A model generated the notes under the pieces. The model did not search any database. It saw only the letters and a program-made list of their open reading frames with translations, and had not been told where the DNA came from. DNA of 64,000 nucleotides from Lingula anatina (lineage: Eukaryota; Animalia; Brachiopoda), in assembly GCA_051362555.1 (NCBI GenBank), contig CM120648.1:16550587-16614586 (forward strand), read 5' to 3'. Below are positions 12,575-27,000 of the stretch, one piece after another (positions within the stretch are counted from its first letter, which is position 1; the number at the start of each line of letters is the position of its first letter). The position numbers were made by a program, and so were the translations under genes.

Positions 12575-15500
12575 ATGAAGCGAGTGTGCACTCGGCAATT
12601 TCGTAACTTGACGAGGTTGAGGTCGTTTGGGGAGGTGAGAGAGAAAATATCTCGATCTATCAACCATGTTTGTCTGTCAAGACGGTCACTTCACGGCTCA
12701 GCTTGTCGTCTGGGGGAGCTGGAGCTGACGTCTGTGAGATACCCCCACGTACAGAGGGGGAAATACGCCACGCTGACAGAGAAGGATGTGGACTTCTTCC
12801 AGAAGCTGCTGCCCCAGAGAGTGTTGCAAGACCCCAGTGAGCTGGACGGGTATAATATCGACTGGATGAGGACTGTTAGAGGTGAGAGATTGAGCTTTTT
12901 TACCACAACTGCTCCCCTGCATCCCCCACCCCTTCATTACAACCCATCAATACCCCCTCCTTATACATGTACACACACACACATACACACACACACATGC
13001 ACATACACACATGCACACACACAGACACGCACATGCACACATACATGTACACACACACACCCGCAGGGGCAAGACTCAAGCTTGGGTTCTTACATTATAT
13101 CTGATAAATGAAAGTTGATTTATTATAAAATACTTTTTAAAAATATTTTTTCATTTTCACAATCAAAGCAACATACATGCATACATCAGAATACACACTT
13201 CAGCAAGTAATATAAACTGGATTAGCAGAGAAAATACATTACCTTAATATAAAGGCATAAAAAATACAAATAACCGCACAAAAGCAATGGACTTAATTGT
13301 TGACATTAGCACATATAACAAAAACTGTCTCTGTTTAGTTTGCTATTGTGTATGTTTTACAGTTTTGTTCGCCATATAAAAACATCACATAATAAGGTTT
13401 TATACATGTTTATGGCCGATGCTTATTAAGTATTCACTTTGAAAAACCCAGAGGAAATACAAAAACTTTCACCCTAATATAAGGGAGTAAATAAATAAGT
13501 AAATAACCACACAAAAGCAGTAGACCAGACTGTTGACATTAGCACATATAACAAAAACTGTTAGGTTTGCTTTTGTGAATGTTTTATGATTTTGTTCGCC
13601 ATATAAAAAGCATCACATAATAATCTTTTTATTTACGTTTATTGCCAATACATATTAGTACCACAAGCATGTACCCCATAGTACTCATTTTTTTCAGTCC
13701 ACGCCTGTCTTGTAACACTTTTTAAATGTTACTTCGTTGTAACCAGTCTTTTTAAAATTTTTGTAGGTAACAGTCAGATGGTTCTAAGACCCAAAACAAC
13801 CTCAGAAGTAGCGGAGATATTGAAGTACTGCAATGAGCGCCATCTAGCGGTTGTTCCACAGGGAGGAAATACAGGACTCGTAGGCGGCAGTGTCCCGGTC
13901 TTTGACGAGATTGTTATTTCTACACAGCTTATGAACCAGATTATTAGTCTAGATGAAGTCTCTGGTGAGAAATGATAGTTTGCCTAACCAGTAACTGCTG
14001 TTGTACATTCATTCATTCACTTCATTCATTGACAATATTTAACTTTGTGTATTAAACTTTATGTTGTAAGGAAGAGATACTATGATAGTTGAAATATTGT
14101 AAATAAAAGGCAGTTTATATTATACTAATGACATGTTACACAATAGCACTTGCTCTTTTACCATTTTTATATATAGCAGTATGCTATTTAGGAGTAACTT
14201 TGTTCAAATAGTGACTATTTTTTATAGAAAAAAAGCACTTTCCCAAAACCTATGTCTGCATACATTGTTTTTTTTTTTTTAGATCTAGATTAAGCACAGT
14301 TTGCTTGCATTGTCTGCCAAGTGTGTTTAAAGTTTACAGTCTAAGACTGGGTTCCCATAATCCTATTATGCTAGCAGGATCGATCTAACTCTGAGGGGAT
14401 TCTCACTAGATTGCATTCAGTTTAAGCAGCTTAAATGTCTGCCATGCCTTATGAAGCTGCTAAGGGGTAATTATCTGTTGTGCACGCTTTAACTGACTTC
14501 AATTTAGCGAGAATCCCCTCAGAGATAGATTGTTCCTGCTAGTACGATAGGGTTATGGGAATGGTACCTAAAATTCTTCTGTCATACTTCATATGCCTTG
14601 TTCCTGTAATTGTGTATTGTATCCTATAGGCATCGTCGTCTGCCAGTCTGGCTGCATCCTGGAGACCTTAGACAACTATCTGGCCGAGCGTGAACTCATG
14701 ATGCCGTTAGACCTGGGTGCCAAAGGAAGCTGCCATATTGGAGGCAACGTGTCCACCAATGCGGGTGGTTTACGGTTGCTAAGATACGGCTCTCTTCATG
14801 GGAGTGTACTGGGAGTGGAAGCAGTAAGCATGGCAATGTGTTAACCGATGAGAATGAAAATAAAAGAATAAGTTCATGAAGATATCTTAACATTGAAAAT
14901 GTAAAAATAGAATTAACATGATAGGTACCTCTGAAAGTTGAGTGTGTGTGTGTGCATGTGTGTGTGTGTGTGTGCATGTGTATGTGTGTGTGTGTGAAAT
15001 GTAATATGTAGGTCACGGAGATGAAAAAAAATGTTTTTGACTTATTTAACAAGTACATGGCTACAGATAAATGTATATGTGACAGTATGAATGTCAGCCC
15101 ACCACTGAGTCTGTTTCTTCACATTGCAGGCTTCACATTGCATGCTTCACATTTCAGACTTCACATTGCATGCTTCACATTTCAGACTTCACATTGCATG
15201 CTTCACATTGCAGACTTCACATTGCATGCTTCACATTGCAGACTTCACATTGCATGCTTCACATTTCAGACTTTACATTGCAGACTTCACTTTCCAAGCT
15301 TGACATTGCAGACTTACTAATGCATGCTTCACATTGCAGACTTCACATTGCATGCTTCACCTTGCAGGCTTCACACTGCAGGCTCACATTGCAGGCTTCA
15401 CATTGCATGCTTTCCCATTGGAGGCTTCACATTTCAGACTTCACATTGCATGCTTCATATTCCAGACTTCACATGGCAGACTATTGGTCACCATCTCCAG

Positions 15501-17658
15501 TATGAAGCTACAGCCGTAGAGGCTGGACCCACTTTCATCCCATCAAATTTGTTTCCACTTTTAGTTTTCATCGACAGGTCTTAGCCAGTGGGGAAATAGT
15601 GGATTGTCTCTCATCGCTGCGAAAAGACAACACTGGTTACGATTTGAAGCAGCTTTTTATTGGTTCTGAGGGAACGCTGGGAATGGTGACCTCAGTATCA
15701 ATTCTCTGTCCGCGGAGACCAAAGGCTGTTAACGTGGCTTTTCTAGGTAATTTTTTTTGTAACTTTTAGGTGGATGTTTCACTGACTAAGTGGACTTGTC
15801 CATATTTTATGTGTCATTTCATTTATTGAAGGGTTCATACTTTATTACTGTGACATACATTTTCATATTGGCAGGTAGTGACATTGTAATTGATATGTAA
15901 AAAATGTTGTTTTTAAAGTGCAGGGTATGAAGCAAATATCCCTGCACTTTTTTGTAAGATTTAAAAATTCATTTATGAACTACAATTCATTTTTATGATT
16001 ATTTAGACATAAAACACTAGATCATCAACACTAATTTTAACATTGTTAAAAGAAGTCCCTTTCACCCCTTCAGGTGTTGAAAATTTTGAGGCTGCCCTGC
16101 AGACGTTTCAGTTGTGCAAAGGGATGCTGGCGGAGATCCTGTCTGCCTGTGAGTTTATGGACCAGGAATCTATGCAGTGTATCCAGGAAAATCTGAAACT
16201 GACCAATCCAATCAAGTCTTACCCACTGTACATCCTGATCGAGACCTCGGGTTCCCATGGCAGCCATGACGAGGAGAAATTGAATGCGTTCTTGGAGGCT
16301 GCTATGGGGAAGGGGATTGTGCAAGACGGAACGATAGCTATGGATGTAACACAGAGACAGGTGACTCCTTGATTGAGGCTTTTTTTCAAACCAGCTGCAT
16401 TCTGGGATTGTTTTTTGTTAAATTGTGGTCAGCTTTGAAATGTCAGACATCATCTTTTTCATTGAAAGAAACAACTTATTTAATATATGTCAGCTTTTAG
16501 TCTTGTTTTTTTTTTTTTTTTTTTATTATTTTTTTTTTTTTTAACTGTCAGTGGATCACACCTCACTTTGAATATTAAAATTAAAAATAAATATCCTACA
16601 GCTATCATAACTCAGTAACTATGATATTTTCTTCAAACAAAAACTAATTTAAGACTTAATGTGAAAGATTTTATTGTATATATTCTCACTCTTTTTAGGA
16701 AAAGCTCCCCCCCCCTTCCCCTACACACACACAAACTAATGAGAAAAAAAAAGGTTAAGCTTGGATTGAGTGACTTTTAATGGAGGCCCATTAACAGTAC
16801 ACTAAAATGCTTCATCTACATTCCTTAACCATTAGCTTCTTAAAAGCATGCAAATGCAGCTCCAAAAATCACCTAAATGCCATTAACTCATAGTAATTAA
16901 GGCTTGAACGTCCCATTTTCAGAATATCTGGGGTTTACGAGAGCGTATCGCAGAAGGTCTGCTGCATGATGGGTACAACTACAAATATGACATCTCTCTT
17001 CCCCTGCCCAAGCTCTACGAGATTGTGGAAGACATGAGACAGAGGCTGGGGTCAAAGGTCACACGGGTAGTTTCATACGGTCATTTAGGAGATGGTAAGC
17101 GATCTTCATGTTTGACACACTTGTTTTTAATTTTGAAAAATAAATAGTTGTCCTTGACTTTGAGAGTAAATAGCAAGAATTGTTCACTACATTTAGGTCT
17201 ACCATATGTGGACATACTGTACATAAATGGTGATTTTACAACTGGATAATGAAGTAAACATTGTCTTCCAAATAATAAATAAATTGATTCTATTTCAAGA
17301 AACCTGTCAATCTCAGAGAATTTATCATCCAGTGACAAATGTTTTATTTTTTTAATTTAAAGGTCCAAATTCCTGAAAACTAAAATTTATTTAAATCAAT
17401 ATTCTTCCAGGCAACCTTCATTTTAACGTCACAACTCCAGAATACAACAAAGAGGTTCTTGGGCTCATAGAGCCCTACATATACGAGTGGACATCCCAGG
17501 TTCGCGGCAGCGTGAGCGCAGAACACGGACTTGGCTTCAAGAAGAGGGACTGCATACGTTACAGCAAAGAGCCCAATGCTGTCAAAATGATGGTGAAAAT
17601 GAAGAAATTATTTGATCCCAATGGTATTCTGAATCCTTATAAAACCATACCTTTGTAA
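12575..17658 (+). CDS. D2HGDH: D-2-hydroxyglutarate dehydrogenase, mitochondrial (FAD-linked oxidase), 7 coding exons
   Basis: Exons 12575-12881, 13767-13964, 14630-14823, 15578-15746, 16074-16360, 16923-17094, 17411-17658, all GT-AG and frame-consistent. Arg-rich N-terminal presequence; motifs [93 protein letters not shown]. Confidence 0.95.
13240..13660. repeat. Diverged ~230-bp tandem duplication in D2HGDH intron 1
   Basis: Blocks such as tgttgacattagcacatataacaaaaactg and ttttgttcgccatataaaaa-catcacataataa occur twice about 230 bp apart. Confidence 0.8.
14345..14568. mobile_element. Tourist/Harbinger-like MITE family B in D2HGDH intron 2
   Basis: TAA-GACTGGGTTCCCATAA ... TTATGGGAATGGTACC-TAA; TAA TSD. 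Confidence 0.75.
15115..15482. repeat. 14-bp minisatellite (CTTCACATTGCA-TG/GA)n in D2HGDH intron 3
   Basis: About 25 degenerate tandem units; explains the repetitive ORFs 15021-15584. Confidence 0.9.
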
Positions 17659-19095
17659 AATGCTTGTGAAGGTAATTTGATTTACAGGAAGGCTAATATA
17701 TATAAATACATATAATATATATTTATTTTCATACGTCTTCTGAACAAGGGTCTGTCAAGAGGTGATAACTGCGTGACATTACAGTCATCTGCAGACAGAC
17801 ATTGCCAAATATTATCAACAGTATGTGGGGAAAACTTTGAGCCGACTGGCTCTTGCTGCCACCTGTGGCCAATATTTTTAAAAATAACGCACATCCTTTC
17901 CCTAACTCAGAGACAGTTTTGAAGAATGGTCTCCTGCCAAAAATTAAGTCTTAGTTTATTTTTTAAGTATTATAATAATTGCAATGAAAACAAAAGCTGT
18001 TTATCAGTTATACTGATATGCCGTATGCAAATCTTACTGCAGATGACACTTTGTTATGACTGTGTTCAAATTGTTTTCATTGTTCTCATTCAGAGTATTC
18101 TTATTTTGCACTTTAATTGGTGAATTTGAAAGAAACATGCGTTTGTGCTGAGGTATATACAGTATTACAACTTACTAATATATATGTTCAGGATTTACAA
18201 AGCTTGGTGTTTTTATCCTGTTGTACAATCAACTTGAGCTGTGATTTAAAAAAACGAAATAATAAAGCTAGTCAGCAACTGTATTTGGATGTCAATTTAT
18301 TTCTCCTAATGCACCCCCCTCTCTCTTTCACAAAATCCATGTACATGTTTTCATTTTAATAAGATGTCACATGACAAAAATGCTTTAAGAGTAAGTTGTT
18401 AAAATAACCGTCTTGAATTGAAAAGCAAATTTAGGTTTTATAGTGTACAAAATCTGTTTATATTGTACATGAGATTAACATCACTAATGTAATATTTAAA
18501 TCTTACATTATTTGTTCTAAAAAAAGGCCCAATTTTTTCTCCTGACCAGTAAATCATTTGATTTTTGTTGAATTATCCTCTGTTCAGTAGCAGCTGTCAC
18601 AGTATAATGAGATCAATGAAGTTCACATGACCTCTTATTATCTCCTCTCTTTCAATATCACAATTAAGCTGAGACCACTTGCACAGTTCAAACCTCCACC
18701 GGGGCAAAATATTTTGCTAAAATAAGATTTAAAAAATATTAAAAGATGTGTAATTTGTTACGGTGGAAATCACTTCGTTTCCTCTTGAATAACTGCCCCT
18801 GCTGAAATCTATATCATCATTGTGAAGAACTCTTGAGTAATCTTGTCTTTGCACATAACATACAGTAAAAACTTGAAAATTTCATCACTTAAAAATTCAT
18901 ATTTTAAAATGGATGAATCCGACACTACCATATTGTTTGACAAACTTTTCAAATTTATCAAGAAGCCCATTTTCAAGTTTGACAAAATTTTCAAAGTTAA
19001 AAAAATACATATCGGAACAGAATCCTCTTCCAACAAATTTTCAAGATCGTCAAAATTTTTAAGTTTTTATCATAACCCTCTTCACTGACAGGGTT

Positions 19096-20823
19096 TTATC
19101 TCTTTGGTCCAGTTTGTACTGCTACAGCCTTTCTGTCCCATTCTGAAGTGTCTAACAGTGACAACATAAACCGCGCGACATCTGCCCTGTTCATCCTACC
19201 TCCAGGTGCACCAGGGACATGCATTCCTTCATGGGTCAAAATGGGGGAATCTGAAAATGGAAAAAATGCAGTCTTAAGTTACTGGTGTTATTTTCTCTTG
19301 TTAATTCAAAAACTGAGAATGAGTGAAGTCAAAAAGCTACATGACCTGTGTACTTTGTGTAGAAATTCTATAGTCACAGAGCACATTCAGAACAGCCGAC
19401 TAACAGACCCCCGGATCAAATATGGCCGACCCACTTGAATGCTTGTTGCATAATCCCCGCAGGGAATCTATTCAGTGTCTAATCAGGACTTAAGCAACAA
19501 GCTTTGTAAATTGTAGTAGGTTGCCATATTTGATCACTTAGTCTGCAGTTCTCAATGGGCTCATAGCTGCTTACAGAAAAACAAACCAATGGAACAGAAA
19601 TCATAACATCCACAGCAGAGGTAAAAATGTAAAGTTCATGACAACGCAATATATCCAGGGTTTCACTGGGGGGGAGGGGGGGGGGGGGCAAAAGGATAAA
19701 AAATTAGAAATTAGTTGAGTTGAGGAAAACCATTCAGTTACAGTACATTATATAGGGAACAAGTGGTGGATATAAATTTTAAGGCAGATTGGGTTCTACT
19801 GATGTTAAAATGGCCAAGCAAGTGACACCCTCTATCCCTGGTTCCTGCCCGCCAAGACCTCATCAAGACTTCCTCCCTACCTGAGACTGGTCCAGTACCG
19901 AGACCAGGCGGCCTCACTATGGTAAAGTTGATGTCCTGGCAGGTATCGAATAAGTAATGTTCCATTTCAGCCATATTGGCCACAGTTTTTCCAATAAAGA
20001 GAGGTTTTATTACCCACTCTATCAGCCATGGGTTGCCAGGTCGTGCTGGAAAAACACAAATATCCATAAATATCCATAAATTAACGCATTACTGAAGGAA
20101 CACAGTGACCGTATACACTTTTATATAGATATTTAAGTAGGAAAATAATAATGACTTTGCTCATTCTGGGAATCTTAAACAAAATTCATTTAATCATCAA
20201 TGCAAACCCTTTCCAAAGCCATTGAGAAAAAAAAAACTATTTTATGAATCCCCTTTTTAGCTGGTAATTTCATTATTAACCAGTATGAGATAAATTTGTC
20301 AATGAGTCAAAAATAAGAAAGCTGGATGCAAAGGAAGACTTTTACAGAAGTAATTCAAGTGCCACACTGAATAAATCTTTGTTTAATGAATCATAAGTTT
20401 ATAAGTTTATCATATAATTCACGTGGGTCTATCCGAAACAAAGAAGTTTAATGGAAGTGTGTTAGTTGTGAAAGCAAACACAATCTACTGACATTGCGTT
20501 AGGTGTGACACGTTCTCTTCGCAACAATTGCTTTAGGTGTGACTCACATTCTGTGCACCATGACGTTATACAGATCAGTCTGGTGAGGCCTGTCTCTCTC
20601 ATCGCAGCAACTATAGCTTTCATGGACTCCGTATACAGAGTGACGGGCGCACGGTCTCTATTTCCCAAACACGACAACACCACCTCCTGCCCCCGAAAAT
20701 GCTCCGAGAGGTCTTTTGCTGAGAATACGTCTGCTTTAATAACCTAGGGGTGAAAATAAACGCTTTTATGAACATCTCAGAACATTTTTCTTCAAGTAGG
20801 CCTAAGGTCCTGGAGAGAGAGAG

Positions 20824-20869
<46 letters not shown>

Positions 20870-21165
20870 GTTTGAATATTTTAATAATAATTAAAATTAT
20901 TGAACTCACGTGTTTTTTCTTTGCCATAAGTTTCATACAAGAAACTTATATTATATTATATTATATTATATTATATTATATTATATTATATTATATTATA
21001 TCATATCATATTATATTATATTACCTTTAGATTCTCATTTTGGACACTGGCCAGTTTGTCAGGGTTTCTGACCACTGCTGTCACGTGATGTCCAGCGCTG
21101 AGGGCCTGCTTGACCACTTCCTGTCCCGAGGGTCCTGTCGCTCCCAGAACTACCAGACGCTTCAT
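19096..21165 (-). CDS. BLVRB: Flavin reductase (NADPH)/biliverdin reductase B-like NAD(P)H-binding protein, paralog A, 218 aa
   Basis: Exons 21165-21025, 20743-20548, 20045-19881, 19250-19096 (657 nt, GT-AG, frame-consistent). MKRLVVLGATGPSGQEVVKQALSAGHHVTAVVRNPDKL (Rossmann motif), VVLSCLG, FTIVRPPGL, MNRADVARFML. Confidence 0.85.
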
Positions 21166-21739
21166 CGTCAACGTTCTGAGAACAGTTTTTAAAAAGTGTT
21201 TTTTATAGATGAGATAACCTTGAACAGCCGCTCACAAAAAAGCCAAAAAATATATTACAGTAACATTGTCAATCATGATTTGATAATAATAAGAACAACA
21301 ACTTTATCATGAATTTTTCATTGACACTATGTGTTCACTATTGCAGAGCCGGATCCAGGATTATTTGAAGCCAACCCCCCCCCCCCCCCCCCCCCCCCCC
21401 TTGGCGTGGGGTTCGGGGGCCGCTGAGGGGCCCGCTTAAGGGCCCCGACAAAAATTGGTAGAGGGCGAACGGTGCTATTTGGTACGGTTTAGAACTATGA
21501 TTCAGTTGGTGAAAATTCAAATTTCAAGATGGGACCATTGGTGTAATTTTTTTTTTTTTAGAAAACGAAGGGAGGGGTCAGTACAAGTGCTATCGGATAC
21601 TAAAATATCTAACTGATAGACCGGATTAACATATACACGTTCAGAAGCATTGCCACAGTTGGGAGTTATCACAAAGACTATGACCGTTAACATTCATGAC
21701 ATTTTGATTGAAGAAAGGGAGATGTAACATTATCTACTC

Positions 21740-21784
<45 letters not shown>

Positions 21785-21925
21785 CATTATTATTATTATT
21801 ATTATTATAAATACTCTGAATATATATGTCAGTGTAATATTAAATAAGGACGCCGTTTAATCGTCTCAAAGCACATAACACGTGACTTTATCACTGGGTG
21901 GAAAAATACAGTCGTATTACACTAA

Positions 21926-22140
21926 GACTGGGTTCCCACAGATTAAGATCGATCCATCTGGATCGACCTAACTCCCTGGGGATTCACGCTAAATTGCTGT
22001 CTGCCGAGCGCGCACCAAAGTTAATTACCCCCTTACAGCTTTTAGTAGGCTGGACAGACATTTAAGTCGGCTAAGCTGACAGTAATCTAGTGAGACTCCC
22101 CACGGGGATAGATCGATTTCAAATATGTGGGAATACAGTC
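21926..22140. mobile_element. Tourist/Harbinger-like MITE family B
   Basis: TAA-GACTGGGTTCCCACA ... TGTGGGAATACAGTC-TAA. Confidence 0.8.
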
Positions 22141-22630
22141 TAAAACTCGGGAAAGAAAGAACCATAAAGGAACTTGCCTGACCTTGCTTGATCTTGACAG
22201 GAAACAGGCAGGGGTTGCTCGGGGGGGGGGGAGGCGGCTTATGAAGTCTTGATTGCCTTCAAAGGGGCGTATATAAGACCTACACGTGCTAGTCTTCTGG
22301 GGCGGCGACCAATCGCCTGTTCGTTGAGCAGGCTAACTTTAATTTAAATTAGCTAATCGACCAGGCTCATTAGCTTTACTTAGGATATAGGACATATAGG
22401 ATGAAAACTTGAAAATCGTATCCGAGCTGAGGTCTTTGAAAGCTGGGGTAATGTGTCTGTGGTATGCCACTTACCTTATAGTGTGCTCTGGAATTAGGAT
22501 CAGCCGAGATAAATTAACCCTAGCTCTCGATAAACTAAACACTGAATGTGTGTCACGAGGTACAAATAAGATAACGTCTAGGCCACCAGATAAAATAATC
22601 TAGTTGTGCATTTCGACCGCAAATTGAGCT

Positions 22631-22671
<41 letters not shown>

Positions 22672-22964
22672 ACACGCGCACGCGCTTCATAAATTGTCTT
22701 ACCTGTAGACTCGAGTTTTCCACACCGAACTTTGTTCTGCTGAAAGCTTGTGTAATTGACCCCATGCAATTATGACAACGTACACCACAGATTACATTTC
22801 ACCGAGTGAAAAGACACGTGTACCTTGTTTGTTTTTAGTCGACACATTAGAATGGAGGTCAAAGTATAGATTTAACGCGTAAATGCGGCTGTTGAAAAGC
22901 AATTTATAACAACCACATGGAAAGCAAATTTTATGGGGTTAGTTGGAAGGGGGCCTGTGACTAA

Positions 22965-23179
22965 GGCTGTATTCCCAGAGCTTTTAGATCGATCTATCCC
23001 CGCGGGGAGTCTCACTAGATTACTGTCAGATAATCCGGCTTAAATGTCCGTCCCGCCTACTATAAGCTGTAAGGGGGTAATTAACTTTCGTGCCCGCCCG
23101 GCTGACAGCTATTTAGCGTGAACCCCCAGGGAGTTAGGTCGATCTAAAGTAGATCGATCCAATCTCTGGAAATGGGGTC
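22965..23179. mobile_element. Tourist/Harbinger-like MITE family B (opposite orientation to the 21926 copy)
   Basis: TAA-GGCTGTATTCCCAGAG ... CTCTGGAAATGGGGTC-TAA; core is the reverse complement of 21926-22140. Confidence 0.8.
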
Positions 23180-23656
23180 TAAGGTTGTTGAAGATGCTGT
23201 AAACTGAGCGGTGTGGTGGGGGGGGGGGGGGTAATGTAGGACTACCCCCTACCCCCCGCCCCCCGAACCTTCCAGCTCCTGCACCTGAGTGTGTATATCG
23301 TGATATTTATTACGGTGTTCTAGGGATAAGCTTACTGATATACCAACCGCTACCCATTCAACTTAATGAATATGTACGAGCAACTTCTCTCAAAACTACA
23401 AGCTGACAGGCACTACCATCTAGTATAACTATTTCTCTGGCTTGTGTGAAGATAAAAGACACAGACAACGTGACAATGTCGTTTAGGTTACAGACAAGGT
23501 GACACAAAAACTCCTAAATTACTGCATTCACGTACATGTTTTGGATAATTATTTAAAGGTAAATCTTCAGTGCTCACTGACTTAATCCTTTGGCAATTAA
23601 ACAAATGGCAATTCAGCGAAGACGTCATAATTGCTCTTTGGGGTGGGGTGAAAATT

Positions 23657-23689
<33 letters not shown>

Positions 23690-24023
23690 TTTCTCGAATC
23701 TTTCCTTTAACTGAGCATACCTGAACACCGTATCAACGACAATAAATTGGCATCATTGAGTAACTCAACACTTTCCCACTCACAAGGGGGTATCAAAAGT
23801 TTACTATTCAATGAAGCAATATTTATTGGTTCAGGCACATTTATCAAAGACCTAGCAATAATATATAACAATAACGTCATATCTATAAAGTACATAAATT
23901 CATTTTTAAATTAACTGGTTATTAAGTGTCGTAAGTGAGTAAATAATAAAAATAATTCTAAATTCATGCTTATGAAACTGAGAACTTCATCCCGTTGAAA
24001 AGGTCAACTCCTTCCCGTAGGGT

Positions 24024-27000
24024 TTATCTCCTTGATGTTCGCTGTATGGCCACAGCCTTTCTGTCCCATTCTGTAGTGTCTAACAATGACAACATAAAAT
24101 GCACGACATCTGCTCTGTTCATGAGTCCCCAGCGTGCACCGGGGACGTGCATCCCCTCGTGGGTCAGAATTGGCAAATCTGAAAAGAATAAAATAAAATA
24201 AAAATAAAAAGGTCATTACATATCTGACAATGTGCCCTGGCTATGTTTTTGGTTCCGTTAGTCTGTTTGTCAGTTTGCAGCATTATCCAAAATCATGGAC
24301 AGGTTTTGATAAAATTTTCAGGATAGGCATCAAACGGCTCAGAAAAGAAATGATAAGATTTTTTATGGGGGGGGGGAGGTTTAGATTTCCAATGAAACGT
24401 GCTCTGTGTCGAAGCTACACGAGCAGTAGTAATTACGTATTATCTATTTTAATGGTGCACGTGACAGACCACAGACGATATTGGCAGGATGCCATATGCC
24501 ACCTGGCCTCAAATGTGGTCTGCGCTCTGTGAGTGTTTTCCTAATTGGTGTATTTTTTATTATTTTATTTAAATGTTTTTCTTGTCATATTAAATTTAAA
24601 ATTCAGTAGAAATAATGCTGACACCTTTCAACAGCTGTTTATTATCAATAGAATTGCTGAAGTTCATTTATCAATAGACAACAGTCCCTTCCCGACAATA
24701 TAGGCCTTTAAGGCTATATCGACTATTGCAAACCCCAAGCCAAGACAGAGCTCCTTGAAGTTCGATCCCTACCCGAAAACGGCCCAGTGCCTAGCGAAGG
24801 CGGTCGGACAATGGTGAAGTTGATATCCTGGCAGTCGTCGAATAAGAAATGTTCCATTTCAGCCATGTTTACTAGAGTCCTCTTAAGAACGAGGGGTTTC
24901 AAAATCCACTCTATAAACCACGGGTTACCCGGCAGTGCTGGAAAGGGGAAGTGATATTATATAAGGAATCGGGCTAATATTGAGATGTTTGCCATCAAGT
25001 AACAATTTTAATTTAACTTTAACATCTCAATATTAAAAAGCTTGTAGAAAGTACCTGTACATGAAGCTGTTTATAAATACACATATACACAGCAACACAA
25101 GATAGCTCTAGATTTACCGTCTTTCAATTTCGTAAACATTATCAGTGTTAATATTGTCTGATATGATTGAGTGTGTTAGTTGTTAGAGCAGACACACTCT
25201 GCTGACATTGCGTTAGGTGTGACACCTTCTCTACGCAACAATTGCTTTAGGTGTGACTCACATTCTGTGCACCATGACGTCATACAGATCAGTCTGGTGA
25301 GGCCCGTCTCTCTCATCGCGGCAACTATTGCTTTCATGGTCTCCGTATACAGAGTGACGGGCGCACAGAACGAGGATCTAGATCCCAAACACGACAGCAC
25401 CACCTCCTGCCCCCGGAAATGCTCTGAGAGTTCTTCTGCTGAAAATATGTCTGCTTTCACGACCTAGGGGTGCAAAGTATCGCTGTCACGATTATATCAG
25501 AGCATATTTCTGCCAAGGAGAGAGAGGGAGAGATGAAGAGAGAGGGGGGGAGGGAAGGAGAGAGAGGGAGAGATGAAGAGAGAGGGGGGAGAGGGAAGGA
25601 GAGAGAGGGAGAGATGAAGAGAGAGGGGGGGAGGGAAGGAGAGAGAGGGAAAGATGAAGAGAGAGGGGGGGAGAGAAGGAGAGAGAGGGAAAGATGAAGA
25701 GAGAGGGGGGAGGGAAGGAGAGAGAGGGAGAGATGAAGAGAGAGGGGGGAGAGGGAAGGAGAGAGAGGGAGAGATGAAGAGAGAGGGGGAGGGAGGGAAG
25801 GAGAGAGATGAAGAGATGAAGAGAGGGGGGGGAGGGAAGGAGAGAGAGGGAGAGATGAAGAGAGGGGGGGAGGGAAGGAGAGAGATGAAGAGATGAAGAG
25901 AGAGGGGGGAGGGAAGGAGAGAGATGAAGAGATGAAGAGAGAGGGGGGGAGGGAAGGAGAGAGATGAAGAGATGAAGAGAGAGGGGGGGAGGGAAGGAGA
26001 GAGATGAAGAGAGAGGGGGGGAGGGAAGGAGAGAGAGGGTGAGATGAAGAGAGGGGGGGAGGGAAAGAGAGAGATGAAGAGATGAAGAGAGAGGGGGGGA
26101 GGGAAAGAGAGAGAGGGAGGAGGGAAGGAGAGAGAGGGAGAGATGAAGAGAGAGGGGGGAGGGAAGGAGAGAGAGGGAGAGATGAAGAGAGAGGGGGGAG
26201 GGAAGGAGAGAGAGGGAGGAGGGAAGGAGAGAGAGGGAGAGATGAAGAGAGAGGGGGGAGGGAAGGAGAGAGAGGGAGAGATGAAGAGAGAGGGGGGAGG
26301 GAAGGAGAGAGATGAAGAGAGAGGGGGGAGAGGGAAGGAGAGAGAGGGAGAGATGAAGAGAGAGGGGGGGAGGGAAGGAGAGAGAGGGAAAGATGAAGAG
26401 AGAGGGGGGGAGAGAAGGAGAGAGAGGGAAAGATGAAGAGAGAGGGGGGAGGGAAGGAGAGAGAGGGAGAGATGAAGAGAGAGGGGGGAGAGGGAAGGAG
26501 AGAGAGGGAGAGATGAAGAGAGAGGGGGAGGGAGGGAAGGAGAGAGATGAAGAGATGAAGAGAGGGGGGGGAGGGAAGGAGAGAGAGGGAGAGATGAAGA
26601 GAGGGGGGGAGGGAAGGAGAGAGATGAAGAGATGAAGAGAGAGGGGGGAGGGAAGGAGAGAGATGAAGAGATGAAGAGAGAGGGGGGGAGGGAAGGAGAG
26701 AGATGAAGAGATGAAGAGAGAGGGGGGGAGGGAAGGAGAGAGATGAAGAGAGAGGGGGGGAGGGAAGGAGAGAGAGGGTGAGATGAAGAGAGGGGGGGGA
26801 GGGAAAGAGAGAGATGAAGAGATGAAGAGAGAGGGGGGGAGGGAAAGAGAGAGAGGGAGGAGGGAAGGAGAGAGAGGGAGAGATGAAGAGAGAGGGGGGA
26901 GGGAAGGAGAGAGAGGGAGAGATGAAGAGAGAGGGGGGAGGGAAGGAGAGAGAGGGAGGAGGGAAGGAGAGAGAGGGAGAGATGAAGAGAGAGGGGGGAG

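Noticed and set aside
15021-15584. His/Cys-rich ORFs
   Set aside because: Translations of an intronic 14-bp minisatellite
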